The notes: generated from the letters alone by a model not told the origin. A DNA stretch of 64,000 nucleotides from an uncultured Candidatus Saccharibacteria bacterium (GCA_964411375.1 CAYPKR010000001.1:238807-302806), one strand, 5' to 3'; shown: positions 27,877-38,513, numbered from the stretch's first letter. Program-made: numbers and translations.

Positions 27877-28374
27877 TTATGCAGAGCTCCATATGCGGGC
27901 TTTTTTGTTCTCAGAATATTCGTAGTACGTGAGTCCGATAAGTACGAGATCAAACACCGTTAAGAAGAGCATCCAATGCGAATAGTGAATAGAGAGGCGA
28001 TACAGCTGATACGCCGTGAATGTAGTGAGTGCAAGCAGTGCAGCGTGGTATGACCATAGTTGTTTTTTCCACAGTCCAACAGCAAGAAGGAGATTGATAA
28101 GTCCGTGCGAGAGGAGATAGAGGATCGCAAATGTGCGACCAGCGGCGAGATGCTCGATGCCTCCAACCAACATGTTGGTTAAAAAGTCATTTCGGTCTTC
28201 AAAAAATTCACCTTCGGTGAGAAATGCAATCATGTGTTCAAACGCTTGTCCGCTTATAGCAAGCACCAAAAATCCGCCGAGAAGTTCAACGGCACCGTGG
28301 AGTCCCTTAAGAAGGACGCTGATCTGGAAAAACTCGTGGAGTATTTCCTTGCTTTTTCGAAGGATAAATTTCAT
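27877..28374 (-). CDS. DUF2127-like membrane protein
   Basis: 165 aa, 4 TM ORF. Confidence 0.4.
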   Translation of the reverse strand: MKFILRKSKEILHEFFQISVLLKGLHGAVELLGGFLVLAISGQAFEHMIAFLTEGEFFEDRNDFLTNMLVGGIEHLAAGRTFAILYLLSHGLINLLLAVGLWKKQLWSYHAALLALTTFTAYQLYRLSIHYSHWMLFLTVFDLVLIGLTYYEYSENKKARIWSSA

Positions 28375-28420
28375 GGCCTATTTGTCGGTATTGTAGCCTA
28401 AATACGGTCAAATCCCTGGT

Positions 28421-29206
28421 ATGATGGGATATACATGGACAGACGGGACTCAAGGCATATTGTTGCAATCGGATACACGAGCGTCGGTACGTTGCTCTAT
28501 TCCCCGTATCAAATATTTTTCTGAATTTCCTATGTCGATTGAATTTGTACACGCTGAAAATACTGAAGCCGGGATACCTGATCTACTGAATGCACTAGTT
28601 ACTGATCTTCGAGCGGGGAAGCAGACACTCTGGCTTATTTGTGGTGGCTCTAATATCGCGGTCGCCACTTCTGCGATCCGTGCATTACAAAATATTGTCA
28701 CACCAGACGAACTTGGATTTTTGACGATTATGCAAACCGACGAACGCTTTGGACCAGTCGGACATCCTGATTCGAACTGGACACAAATGCATGATCAGCA
28801 TTTTCCATTCGATTCTATCCGTGCATTTCCGATACTGATCGATACATCACTTGAAGAAACAGTGGAGCGCTATGGTGTTGTGGCTGAGGAAGAATTTGCT
28901 CGAGCAGGATCAATTATCGCGCTTTTTGGTATTGGCGCTGATTCACATATCGCAGGAATATTGCCGCATTCTTCAGCAACTACTTCCGAGGCGCCGGTCG
29001 CAGGATATGTTGGGGAGCCATACACGCGAATATCGCTCACTTTTCCAATGCTTCGACGTATTCACCAGGCATTCGTTTTTGCATTTGGGGAAGATAAAAA
29101 AAGAGCAATGCTTTCACTCCGCGATCTTCCACTTACGCCGACCGAAGCGCCTGCTCACATACTTCGAGAAATTCCAAAAGTGAAGGTGTATAGTAATTCG
29201 TACTGA
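28421..29206 (+). CDS. pgl: 6-phosphogluconolactonase (NagB/DevB sugar-isomerase family); conserved core may begin at MSIEFVH (28532)
   Basis: MQTDERFGPVGHPDSN and GIGADSHIAGI motifs. Confidence 0.65.
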   Translation: MMGYTWTDGTQGILLQSDTRASVRCSIPRIKYFSEFPMSIEFVHAENTEAGIPDLLNALVTDLRAGKQTLWLICGGSNIAVATSAIRALQNIVTPDELGFLTIMQTDERFGPVGHPDSNWTQMHDQHFPFDSIRAFPILIDTSLEETVERYGVVAEEEFARAGSIIALFGIGADSHIAGILPHSSATTSEAPVAGYVGEPYTRISLTFPMLRRIHQAFVFAFGEDKKRAMLSLRDLPLTPTEAPAHILREIPKVKVYSNSY

Positions 29207-29207
29207 T

Positions 29208-30167
29208 ATGAAACGCATCAATTTATTCTTGACTCTCATAAGCCTCGGCATCATTCTTATTCTCGGAGTATCGTATTTTGGGAAATTACCGAAGACGCCG
29301 CAGCCAAAAATATATGTAAGCCAACAATACGGATACGGATTCACTTATCCCGGAACATTTCAGGTACTTGAGTACTCTCCGGCATATGTGGCAATCGGTA
29401 CTACGACGAGAGATGCATTCAATGCAATTGCAAATATCGATGTTGTTACTGCCGAACTATCTTCGAAAGAATCGTTTGAAGATTTCGTCCACCGTTCAGC
29501 AATGAATATGTGCGCCGCAGATGGTCCACACGGTTCCATCCGATGTGTAGGAGTCGTGCGAAGTAGTGGAATTTTAACTCGAGGAGGACTTCAGGGAGAA
29601 TTGTTCTCACTAAAGCAAATCAATGAATCTCTACCGTCACATGCAACCACTACCGTGGAGCGGGGACCATTCTTTGCGTTTAACATATCGCCGAATGTTC
29701 CGGACAAAAAATTTGCCGCGCTCATTGTTCATGTTCCGATAGCAGGAGCCGATGATACATCGCATATTACCGAAATTGAACAAATCATTGATTCGCTTTC
29801 GCTTACCAAACTCGATGCATCAAATGGTAGAGGTGTCCTGAATCCACCGGGAACTACAACTCCTGTTGAGGTAACTACGACAATCGGAAAGAAAGTCAGC
29901 GCACTTGGCGTCTCAATCACACCGATCAAAGTGCTGGACGATAGCCGTTGCGCCGTTGATGTGCAGTGTGTTTGGGCAGGAACGGTACAACTTCAGATAC
30001 TTCTCGAGAGTGGACTTGGAAGTGCGACATCGACCATTTCGTTTGAGCGGGGAGTGACGACTGAAGCAGAAACCGTAACGCTCCAAAAAGTACAACCAGC
30101 AAAACATTCGACTGTGGAACTCTCTCCGTCTGATTATTCGTTTACATTTATCGTTTCAAAACGATAA
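29208..30167 (+). CDS. Hypothetical secreted/membrane-anchored protein
   Basis: 319 aa; N-terminal signal anchor. Confidence 0.4.
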   Translation: MKRINLFLTLISLGIILILGVSYFGKLPKTPQPKIYVSQQYGYGFTYPGTFQVLEYSPAYVAIGTTTRDAFNAIANIDVVTAELSSKESFEDFVHRSAMNMCAADGPHGSIRCVGVVRSSGILTRGGLQGELFSLKQINESLPSHATTTVERGPFFAFNISPNVPDKKFAALIVHVPIAGADDTSHITEIEQIIDSLSLTKLDASNGRGVLNPPGTTTPVEVTTTIGKKVSALGVSITPIKVLDDSRCAVDVQCVWAGTVQLQILLESGLGSATSTISFERGVTTEAETVTLQKVQPAKHSTVELSPSDYSFTFIVSKR

Positions 30168-30242
30168 TCGAGACGTCGTCAATTGACGCTGTTTTGATTG
30201 CATAATAATATAAGCGTATTCTTATATATTTATTTATTCGCC

Positions 30243-30539
30243 ATGCCCGATCTATGTAAAGACATCAATAAGCTCGGGAAGGGAATCGGAAACGAAACCC
30301 GTTATCGAATACTTCAGGCGCTTATCAAGGGCGAAAAAACCGTGACTGACTTGGTCACCATGACCAAACTCTCACAGCCAGCGGTTTCCCAGCATTTGAA
30401 GACTCTGAAGGAAAGCAATTTGGTTACTGACGAAAAGCGAGGTCAGGAAGTGTACTACTCCTTGAATGCGGAGCACACCCTACGGCTTCTCAGATGTTTG
30501 GTTGAAGATTTAGAAAAACATAAAAAAATCACGTCATAG
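30243..30539 (+). CDS. ArsR/SmtB family transcriptional regulator
   Basis: ~98 aa from MPDLCKD; winged-HTH ETRYRILQAL..VTDLV..LSQPAVSQHLKTL. Confidence 0.75.
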   Translation: MPDLCKDINKLGKGIGNETRYRILQALIKGEKTVTDLVTMTKLSQPAVSQHLKTLKESNLVTDEKRGQEVYYSLNAEHTLRLLRCLVEDLEKHKKITS

Positions 30540-30579
30540 CATAGATTCAGGAGTAAGTTACCAATTAGAAACAAATACG

Positions 30580-31197
30580 ATGAACTACACAACACTCGCT
30601 TCGAAGGAAGTGGTTGAGAAGGCTTCGACTTCTCTCGCGGCAAATAATTTTAAGTCGATCACGCTCGCTTCGAAAGAAGAAGCGCTCGAAAAAATCAAAG
30701 AAATGGTAGAGAAGGGTGCTTCGGTCATGAATGGCTCTTCGACCACACTCGAACAGATCGGGTACATAGAGTATCTCAAAAGCGGCGCACATGGATGGAA
30801 TAATCTCCACGAAGCAATTCTCAAAGAAAGTGATCCCGCAAAAAAATCGGAACTTCGCAAACATTCAGTCGTTTCTGATTACTATCTCGGAAGCGCGCAT
30901 GCCGTTACCGAGGAAGGGGAGCTCATGTTCGCATCGAATACTGGAAGTCAGATGCCACATCTCGCATTCACTTCCCCAAACGTCATTCTGATTGTCAGTA
31001 CGAAAAAAATTGTTCCAACACTGCAAGATGGATTTAAGCGAATTGACGAGTATGTTGTGGCGCTTGAAGACGACAGGCTCATGAAAGCATATGGCGCACA
31101 CACTATGCATTCAAAAACACTTATCCTCCACAAAGAAAATCCAATGATGAAGCGAACTGTCACCATTATCTTCGTTGAAGAAGATCTCGGCTTCTAA
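30580..31197 (+). CDS. LUD-domain (LutC/YkgG-like) protein
   Basis: 205 aa; domain order and C-terminal core consistent with the LUD domain. Confidence 0.45.
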   Translation: MNYTTLASKEVVEKASTSLAANNFKSITLASKEEALEKIKEMVEKGASVMNGSSTTLEQIGYIEYLKSGAHGWNNLHEAILKESDPAKKSELRKHSVVSDYYLGSAHAVTEEGELMFASNTGSQMPHLAFTSPNVILIVSTKKIVPTLQDGFKRIDEYVVALEDDRLMKAYGAHTMHSKTLILHKENPMMKRTVTIIFVEEDLGF

Positions 31198-31202
31198 TAA
31201 AA

Positions 31203-32450
31203 TTGGTGGTTATGCAAAACCCATTTGAAACGGCAAAACGCCAGCTACAGGACGCATCACGTATTTCAGGAATGAATACTGAACTTGTTGATCGTCTTCT
31301 TTCGGTTGATCGGTATCTCGAAGTGTCTATTCCTGTTCGAATGGATGATGGAGGTGAAAAAATATTCAGCGGCTTTCGAAGTCAACACAACAATGCGCGC
31401 GGTCCCTACAAAGGCGGCATTCGATTTCATCCGGAAGTTAATTTGGATGAAGTAAGGGCGCTTAGTTTTTGGATGACATTTAAAACGGCAGTTGTTGATG
31501 TGCCGTTTGGCGGTGGAAAAGGTGGAATCATTGTTGACCCAAAAAAATTATCTGAAACAGAACGTGAACGTCTGTCGCGCGGCTACGTGAAGAAATTATT
31601 TCCAGTTCTCGGTCCGACGGTCGATGTCCCTGCTCCAGACGTGAATACAAATGGAGTGATCATGTCGTACATGAGAGATGAATATGAAAAACTCGCTGGC
31701 GTAAAAGTCCCCGCGGCTTTCACTGGCAAGCCGATTGAAAAGGGAGGTTCTGAGGGAAGAGCGGAAGCAACGGGTGCAGGCGGCGGCGTGGTGCTTCGAA
31801 GTGCACTCGGGGCAAAATTAATTACTCTGCGTGGATCCGGAACAATTGCGATCCAAGGGTTTGGGAATGTGGCAAGTCATTTCGCAGAAGCCATCAATGG
31901 ACTCAATCTAAAAATTGTCGCGGTGTCTGACAGTAAAGGCGGCATATATGCGGAGAATGGATTTAATGTTACAGCGCTTGAAGCACACAAAGCAAAGACA
32001 GGCGCTCTCAAAGATTTTCCGGGTGCTACAAATATTACAAATGAAGAACTACTGGAACTTCCAGTTGATATTCTTGTTCCTGCCGCACTTGAAAATGTAT
32101 TGACCAAAGAAAATGCAGCAAAAATACATGCAACATTAATCATCGAGATGGCGAATGGACCGACGACGATTGAAGCCGATCAAATTTTTGCCGAAAGAAA
32201 GATTGAAGTTATTCCAGACATTCTCGCAAATAGTGGGGGAGTCCTCGTGAGTTATTTTGAGTGGTATCAAAATATGCATGGAGAAGTATGGAGTAAGGCA
32301 GATGTACTTCAGAAGCTCGAAGAAAAAATGAAAGCCGCGTTTGATGCGGTATACGAGACGAAAGAATTGCACCAGACTTCTCTTCGTCTTGCTGCATATA
32401 TTCTCGCGGCGAAGCGGATTGCTGAAGCAGAACATACTTCTGCTTCGTGA
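31203..32450 (+). CDS. gdh: Glu/Leu/Phe/Val dehydrogenase (glutamate dehydrogenase)
   Basis: 415 aa; catalytic Lys motif VPFGGGKGG and NAD(P) fold GFGNVASH. Confidence 0.85.
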   Translation: MVVMQNPFETAKRQLQDASRISGMNTELVDRLLSVDRYLEVSIPVRMDDGGEKIFSGFRSQHNNARGPYKGGIRFHPEVNLDEVRALSFWMTFKTAVVDVPFGGGKGGIIVDPKKLSETERERLSRGYVKKLFPVLGPTVDVPAPDVNTNGVIMSYMRDEYEKLAGVKVPAAFTGKPIEKGGSEGRAEATGAGGGVVLRSALGAKLITLRGSGTIAIQGFGNVASHFAEAINGLNLKIVAVSDSKGGIYAENGFNVTALEAHKAKTGALKDFPGATNITNEELLELPVDILVPAALENVLTKENAAKIHATLIIEMANGPTTIEADQIFAERKIEVIPDILANSGGVLVSYFEWYQNMHGEVWSKADVLQKLEEKMKAAFDAVYETKELHQTSLRLAAYILAAKRIAEAEHTSAS

Positions 32451-32574
32451 TCTCTTCATCTTTTCTACAGATACATTGTGCAAGTATTACGCGTACGTAC
32501 GGCGAATATTGTTCGAAGTACTAGGACGAGTGCAGTCGGCACTCCAATACGTTACTCGCACTAATGTTACATCT

Positions 32575-32727
32575 ATGCTGGTTACCATTGCAGTCATTTT
32601 GCTCATACTATGGCTCCTCGGTGTTGTTTCTTCCTACACAATCGGCGGATTTATTCACATACTCTTGGTTGTCGCGATAATCTTTTTCCTTATCCGAATC
32701 ATTCAAGGACGCAATCCGATTGAATAG
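32575..32727 (+). CDS. lmo0937-family small membrane protein (50 aa)
   Basis: MLVTIAVILLILWLLGVV..GGFIHILLVVAIIFFLIRIIQGR matches the family consensus; the longer ORF from 32341 is probably spurious. Confidence 0.55.
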   Translation: MLVTIAVILLILWLLGVVSSYTIGGFIHILLVVAIIFFLIRIIQGRNPIE

Positions 32728-32782
32728 GCTTTCCACATTTCCGCGTTAGAGTATTTTCGCCATTTCCTCTATTCTAGAGGGA

Positions 32783-33415
32783 ATGGCGAATATGTTTGAT
32801 TCGTATCGGCGCATCAGTGCGGCACTCCTCTTGATTTCAGGGAGTTGTATTATTTTTGGTTCACTGTTTCGTCCTGATCAAACTATTCCTGGCGCAATCA
32901 TAAACGATATATGTAGTTGTATTTACGGAACGCTCGGCGTAGGATTTTTGATCGCAATTTTTGGACTGATTGCACTTTATTTGGCGCTCGGCGAAGGTAT
33001 GTCGCACCTAACGCGCGCTGCAGTCCTTCTCTCCTCTGCGTTATCTGGATTTATTTCTGGCTCACTGCTCATCATCTACGGATTTATTATTCCGATTCTG
33101 TCTGAAAAAAGTGCATACTCGGCACTTCTATTACCAGCAGGACCAATAATCGGAGGAGCTCCGATGTTTCTCCTCGTATCAGCCACGGTTCTCTATGCAG
33201 CTGCGCTCGGGATAGTTGGTATCCATTTGATTCGAAAGCGAGGTTGGCGACTCCCTGGTGTATTTCTTCTTGGCGCACTACCGATGGCATTTACACCACC
33301 GTTGCCGTATTTGATTGGAATGGCTGGCGGCGTTTTTCTCGGACTTGGATATATAGGTGTTGGATATCGACTGTGGAAATTGGATGCAGAAAGCGTGTCC
33401 AGAAAAATTAACTAA
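32783..33415 (+). CDS. Hypothetical polytopic membrane protein
   Basis: 210 aa, ~6 TM. Confidence 0.4.
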   Translation: MANMFDSYRRISAALLLISGSCIIFGSLFRPDQTIPGAIINDICSCIYGTLGVGFLIAIFGLIALYLALGEGMSHLTRAAVLLSSALSGFISGSLLIIYGFIIPILSEKSAYSALLLPAGPIIGGAPMFLLVSATVLYAAALGIVGIHLIRKRGWRLPGVFLLGALPMAFTPPLPYLIGMAGGVFLGLGYIGVGYRLWKLDAESVSRKIN

Positions 33416-33900
33416 TTTTCTGACCACGTAAGTTCGAGCATGCTTCCGATCTGGAGCGAGCGCCACCGCTCCATAAGCGTCCGGTGCGCTTTGACTGCTT
33501 CGACCCCAAACTCTGGAGTAAAATATTTTGGAATAACTAACCCCATTAATGTTAGATATTCAGATATTTTTTTCACCCGCTCTGGCATATTTTCGGTACC
33601 ATTTTCGACTCCCTGGAGACTTGCAACAATGATTTCGGTCGTTTGCCCCTCAGGTTCTGGATAGAGATCGGATTCCTTCATCGCTTTCGGAGAAAGTTCT
33701 TCGAGATTTACTCCCCGAGCGATTGATCCGTAAAAAGAGTGAGAAAGTTTTGCGCTGTCTTCTACGACAAAATGCATCAAATCGTGCTTGAGAAATCCAC
33801 GCATTTCTAACTCTGCGCTTGTTGCGGCGCCGTCTGCTCTCAGGCATTCTAGACGATATCGGTCGGGATGTATTTTGATATATCGAAGTTTCACTTCCAC
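33412..33900 (-). CDS. Hypothetical protein, divergent from the ECF sigma gene
   Basis: 162 aa ORF. Confidence 0.35.
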   Translation of the reverse strand: MEVKLRYIKIHPDRYRLECLRADGAATSAELEMRGFLKHDLMHFVVEDSAKLSHSFYGSIARGVNLEELSPKAMKESDLYPEPEGQTTEIIVASLQGVENGTENMPERVKKISEYLTLMGLVIPKYFTPEFGVEAVKAHRTLMERWRSLQIGSMLELTWSEN

Positions 33901-33959
33901 AGCCTACCAAGGAGATATATGGAAGAAAAGCAGCGCTCTCTTGTAGTAGAAATAGACGC

Positions 33960-34523
33960 ATGGAGGATTCGCATACAGACGAAGAAATCGCCCGCCGCGT
34001 GCAGGCGGGAGATAGTGAAGCGTTCGGCGAGCTTGTCGAACGCTACGTGGAAAAACTGCGACGCTACGGCAGGAGATTTTTTTCTGACAGTGAAGATATT
34101 GATGATCTGATCCAAGACTCGTTTCTCAAAGCGTATGCAAATATCCAAAGCTTTGATACCTCGAGGCGCTTTTCTCCGTGGATTTATCGGATTGCGCACA
34201 ATGAAATCGTCAATCGTCTTCGCTCGCGTATAACCGACGATCTTGCGATTGATCTCGATCTCGTATTTCCACATTTACGCGCGGTAGAAGAAGCAGATAC
34301 GGAGACGACGCTTCGCGAGATGCGAGAAGTTCTTGAGGAACATTTGCCAGCAATCAATGTAAAATATCGCGAAGCGCTCATTCTCTATTTTTACGAAGAG
34401 TTGTCATATAAGGAAATCGCCGAAGTGCTTCAAATTCCGATTGCAACGGTTGGGGTACGCATCAACCGCGGGAAAGCGCTCCTTCGCAAAGAAATCGAAC
34501 AAACAAAGAAAAAACCACTATGA
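33960..34523 (+). CDS. ECF-type sigma-70 family RNA polymerase sigma factor
   Basis: 187 aa; region 2 (DLIQDSFLKAY, PWIYRIAHNEIVN) and region 4 HTH (LSYKEIAEVLQIPIATVGVRINRG). Confidence 0.8.
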   Translation: MEDSHTDEEIARRVQAGDSEAFGELVERYVEKLRRYGRRFFSDSEDIDDLIQDSFLKAYANIQSFDTSRRFSPWIYRIAHNEIVNRLRSRITDDLAIDLDLVFPHLRAVEEADTETTLREMREVLEEHLPAINVKYREALILYFYEELSYKEIAEVLQIPIATVGVRINRGKALLRKEIEQTKKKPL

Positions 34524-35281
34524 CCAAAAACGACATCAACAACTTAAAATCAAAAATCCTCGGTGCGATACACGAAGGCGATGTGGTGATGCGCCCCAAG
34601 TGGCATTTTGTACTCAAATCAATTTTGATGATCTTGGGTGTCGTACTGTTCCTGTTGGTGAGCATTTATGTCGTAAGCTTTATTATTTTTGCACTCCACG
34701 AGAGCGGCATCTGGTTTACGCCAGTCTTTGGTGGCAGAGGATGGTTCTCGTTCTTCCGTTCACTCCCATGGCTTCTGATCGTCCTCTCCTTACTTTTTAT
34801 TGTGATTCTCGAAGTTATGGTTCGCCGATTCTCATTCGGCTATCGCCAACCGCTTCTCTATAGCGCGCTTGGTATCATCTGCATCACCACGTTTGGTTCG
34901 GTAATCATTGCACAAACATCATTCCATCGATTTCTCTTCCGCGCGGCAGAGAATAATCAGCTTCCATTCGTTGGAGATTTCTATCGCGGGTTCGGTTCCC
35001 CAGATATTTCTGACGTTCATATCGGTATGCTCGACCACTTCTCTGAAGAAGGGTTTACGCTTATCGGACGACGTCATGAATCGAAAGAAGTCATATTGAA
35101 CGCAACAACCTCGTTTCCGCTCGGCACTGATTTTGCCGCGGGAGACATCATCATGGTTATTGGTGAAGACGAAGATGGAGTGATTCACGCACTTGGCGTT
35201 CGAAAACTCGATGACACATTTGATTTTCCACCACCACCAGGGAATGAACGGCATGGTTTTAGAATCCGTTTCGTTCAGTAG
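34520..35281 (+). CDS. Membrane protein co-transcribed with the ECF sigma (4-nt overlap), putative anti-sigma factor
   Basis: 253 aa, 4 TM; ATGA start/stop overlap with the sigma gene. Confidence 0.4.
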   Translation: MTKNDINNLKSKILGAIHEGDVVMRPKWHFVLKSILMILGVVLFLLVSIYVVSFIIFALHESGIWFTPVFGGRGWFSFFRSLPWLLIVLSLLFIVILEVMVRRFSFGYRQPLLYSALGIICITTFGSVIIAQTSFHRFLFRAAENNQLPFVGDFYRGFGSPDISDVHIGMLDHFSEEGFTLIGRRHESKEVILNATTSFPLGTDFAAGDIIMVIGEDEDGVIHALGVRKLDDTFDFPPPPGNERHGFRIRFVQ

Positions 35282-35362
35282 TTGAAATAAAACAGGAGCT
35301 CCGTAGTACTAAGGAAGCAAGGAAACTATTCTCGCCTATTACTCATTACTACACGTAATTGT

Positions 35363-35791
35363 ATGGATAAAAAATTGATCGGAATCGCACTTGCCGCACT
35401 CATCATTGGTGGAGCAGGGGGGTATTTTATTGGTATGCATCACGGAAGTTCTTCACGTCAATTCGGTATGGGGAACGGAGCGCGACAATTTAACACTACC
35501 TTTGGAGGGGGAGCTGGCGCGGGCGGTGCTCGTCGCAGTATGGGTGGTTTTACCGCAGGACAGATTTTGAGTATGGATAATCAGAGCATCACAATCAAAG
35601 GGATGGACGGAAGTTCAAAAATCGTTTTCTTCTCTACCTCAACGTCAGTGATGAAATCGGCAAGCGGGAGTATTGATGATCTAAAGACTGGAACAGAAGT
35701 TATGGTGAATGGGACAACAAATCCTGATGGAAGCGTGACCGCATCATCAATACAAATTCGCGGAGCCTTGCCAACTCCTCCCCAAAACTAA
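35363..35791 (+). CDS. Secreted Gly-rich hypothetical protein
   Basis: 142 aa; signal anchor. Confidence 0.4.
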   Translation: MDKKLIGIALAALIIGGAGGYFIGMHHGSSSRQFGMGNGARQFNTTFGGGAGAGGARRSMGGFTAGQILSMDNQSITIKGMDGSSKIVFFSTSTSVMKSASGSIDDLKTGTEVMVNGTTNPDGSVTASSIQIRGALPTPPQN

Positions 35792-35880
35792 TACAATGGG
35801 AATATTCAGCAGGGATTCTTCTCGTTCCACTTGAGGCTGGAAGATATCCGTTTGTTTTATCCATTTAAACTACGAACACT

Positions 35881-36390
35881 ATGAATTCAAAAGCACTTAT
35901 CGGACTATTTGCGGTCGTTGTTCTAATCGGAGCAGGTATTTGGTTTATTAATGCTGGAAATACCACACCGAAGGATAATACTGCCGCAGTAACAACGGGT
36001 GGAGATTCGATGGACGGCATGGACATGGGATCTACCACGACTGACACGAACGCTACCGATACTTCTTCAGGCGTAACAACGGATGTCGACGCAACAGCCG
36101 GAGTAACTACGGGAACCACCAAGGAATTCACCGTTACTGGTTCTAACTTTGCGTTTTCACCAACCACGCTCACCGTCAACAAGGGCGATCACGTGAAGAT
36201 CACCTTCAAGAACAGTGGCGGATTCCACGACTTTGTTCTCGATGCATTCAAGGTCAAAACTGATCGTATTAATGGCGGAGATTCAGCTGTCGTTGAATTC
36301 GATGCAACACAGTCAGGTAGTTTCGAATATTACTGCTCAGTTGGCAACCACCGTGCAATGGGCATGAAGGGAACCTTGGTTGTTAAATAG
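35881..36390 (+). CDS. Cupredoxin (type-1 blue copper, plastocyanin/azurin-like) protein with Thr-rich linker
   Basis: 169 aa; ligand pattern FHDF ... C-SVG-NH-RAMG-M (His, Cys, His, Met). Confidence 0.65.
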   Translation: MNSKALIGLFAVVVLIGAGIWFINAGNTTPKDNTAAVTTGGDSMDGMDMGSTTTDTNATDTSSGVTTDVDATAGVTTGTTKEFTVTGSNFAFSPTTLTVNKGDHVKITFKNSGGFHDFVLDAFKVKTDRINGGDSAVVEFDATQSGSFEYYCSVGNHRAMGMKGTLVVK

Positions 36391-36402
36391 TCTTGTAACA
36401 AA

Positions 36403-37683
36403 TTGTCGAACCCAAACGTCATCGAAAGTGACATGCGGGCAGCAGCGTACATGGATAGAAAGAGCAACATCACGCATCAGACGATCCGTTTAGTCGCGGT
36501 AATCGCCATTCTTTTCTCCGGAGTGTTCTTACTCCCCGGCGGCGTTAGCGCGGCAACGGCGACACAACCGCTCGAGGTTTCCGGATGGATTCCGTATTGG
36601 AGAGCTGCAACCGGAACCGCAGATTTTCTGAACCACATCGACACTTTCAAGGAGATCAATCCGTTCATCTACACAATGAAAGCAGACGGCACCATTTACG
36701 ATGCCGCAGGAGTCACTGAAGGTCCGTGGCCGGCTCTCATTGCTGCTGCAAAAGCAAAAAAAGTGCGCGTCATCCCAACTATCATGTGGGGAAATGGAGA
36801 CGCGATTCATGCGGTCCTCTCAAATACTAAATCGAGAATCGCGCTTGAAGACGCAATAACCGCACTCGTCAAACAAAATAATTTTGACGGTATCGATATC
36901 GACTTTGAAGGGAAAAAGGCAGAAACAAAAACCTATTTTGCTACGTTCCTGAAGGGATTGTATCAACGAATGGGAAATAAATGGGTGATGTGCACCATCG
37001 AGGCACGCACTCCGCTTGATTCGCGTTACACCGGTACTCCTCCAGCAGACGCGACAATGTACGCAAATGATTATGTTGCGATCAACAAATACTGCGATCG
37101 AGTGCGCATAATGGCGTACGACCAAGGAACAATCGACGTAAAATTAAACGCCGATGAGAGTGGTCCATACGTGCCCGTTGCTGATCCACGTTGGGTAGAA
37201 AAAGTAATGAATGTTGCGGCGCAAACAATTTCAAAAAAGAAATTGATGATCGGCATTCCGACCTACGGATACGAATATGAGACGGTGCCGCTTTCAGAAG
37301 GTAAGTATGTCTACAACATGATGTGGGCGTTCAATCCGAAATACGCAACCGACTTAGCCGCACAGCAGGGTATTGTACCGTCTCGCAATTCTGCCGGAGA
37401 AATGAGTTTCCTCTACGACACCAAGAGTCTCGTTCCGGGAACAGTAAATCAAAATAATATAGACACTACGACGCCAACGGTCGTCTCAACCGAAGGAAGC
37501 ACTCAGACGACCACTACCAATCCGGGCTACACCTCGTACCATATCCTTTGGTGGAGTGATGCATCAGCAATAAACGATAAAGTGCAACTTGCTAAGAAAT
37601 TGGGACTTCGCGGTGTGTCTATCTTCAAGATCGACGGAGGGGAAGATCCGAATATGTGGAATGTGTTGCCGCTTCAGCGATAA
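36403..37683 (+). CDS. Glycoside hydrolase family 18 (chitinase/YaaH-like) secreted protein
   Basis: 426 aa; catalytic DGIDIDFE motif. Confidence 0.7.
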   Translation: MSNPNVIESDMRAAAYMDRKSNITHQTIRLVAVIAILFSGVFLLPGGVSAATATQPLEVSGWIPYWRAATGTADFLNHIDTFKEINPFIYTMKADGTIYDAAGVTEGPWPALIAAAKAKKVRVIPTIMWGNGDAIHAVLSNTKSRIALEDAITALVKQNNFDGIDIDFEGKKAETKTYFATFLKGLYQRMGNKWVMCTIEARTPLDSRYTGTPPADATMYANDYVAINKYCDRVRIMAYDQGTIDVKLNADESGPYVPVADPRWVEKVMNVAAQTISKKKLMIGIPTYGYEYETVPLSEGKYVYNMMWAFNPKYATDLAAQQGIVPSRNSAGEMSFLYDTKSLVPGTVNQNNIDTTTPTVVSTEGSTQTTTTNPGYTSYHILWWSDASAINDKVQLAKKLGLRGVSIFKIDGGEDPNMWNVLPLQR

Positions 37684-37688
37684 GAAAG

Positions 37689-37916
37689 ATGGCACATCCT
37701 TTTGAGCGAATTTTTGATACGGCACTCAGGGAGAGTCGAGACGGCGACAATGAGTTGGTTACAGCAGTTCAAAATCTTGTAGAGTCAGGATATGCCGAAG
37801 GAGAAGTGATAGCCGCCCTGAAGCATTTTTCACACGGACTTCTCCAAGATTCTGACATCGATACGGCAAACGCGGCGCTCGATTCACTCGAAGGATCTTT
37901 GAAACAGGACGTATAA
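37689..37916 (+). CDS. Hypothetical small protein
   Basis: 75 aa from MAHPFERIF. Confidence 0.3.
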   Translation: MAHPFERIFDTALRESRDGDNELVTAVQNLVESGYAEGEVIAALKHFSHGLLQDSDIDTANAALDSLEGSLKQDV

Positions 37917-37924
37917 ATTTCTCT

Positions 37925-38482
37925 ATGGACACCATCAATGCTATTGATGTCAGTCTGTTTCATACGCTGAACGGTGTATTGGGAAAATCGCACATATTTG
38001 ATATTGCGGTTATTTTTGTTGCCAAGTACTTAATCGGCATAATCGCGCTCGTTGTCATACTCTCGCTCATGAGTGATTTTGTGCGAGAAGGAAGACGGCA
38101 ATTTTTGCTTAATCTAAATACGGTAATCGGCACGATTATTGCGGTAACCCTAATCACGGGATGCATCCGCGCCATTTATCATCACAGTCGGCCGCTTTTG
38201 GCTCTTGGAACTCCCCACATTCTCTTTGAGGGTTCCTACTCATTCCCGTCGATGCACACTATTCTCGTCTTCGGCACCGCGACAGCGGTCTATTTCTACA
38301 ATCGCCCGCTTGCCTACATTATCTACGCTTTAGGAATTTTAATTGGTATTGCACGGATAATCGCTGGCGTACACTACCCATTTGATATTCTCGGAGGTAT
38401 TATTTTGGGGGTAGGGGCAGGACTCATTATCGAAGTATCTCTGCGTCACATTTTTAGAGTGCGAAGACCGCGCATTCACTAA
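37925..38482 (+). CDS. PAP2-family phosphatase (undecaprenyl-diphosphatase / PgpB-like)
   Basis: 185 aa; HHSRP, PSMHT, AGVHYPFDILGG PAP2 motifs. Confidence 0.75.
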   Translation: MDTINAIDVSLFHTLNGVLGKSHIFDIAVIFVAKYLIGIIALVVILSLMSDFVREGRRQFLLNLNTVIGTIIAVTLITGCIRAIYHHSRPLLALGTPHILFEGSYSFPSMHTILVFGTATAVYFYNRPLAYIIYALGILIGIARIIAGVHYPFDILGGIILGVGAGLIIEVSLRHIFRVRRPRIH

Positions 38483-38513
38483 ATACTCACCGTTATTAGC
38501 TTACGCTGTACCT

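Noticed and set aside
32341-32574. N-terminal 78 codons of the 128-aa ORF preceding the lmo0937-family peptide
   Set aside because: They overlap the gdh 3' end in another frame; only the C-terminal 50 aa match the conserved small-protein family.
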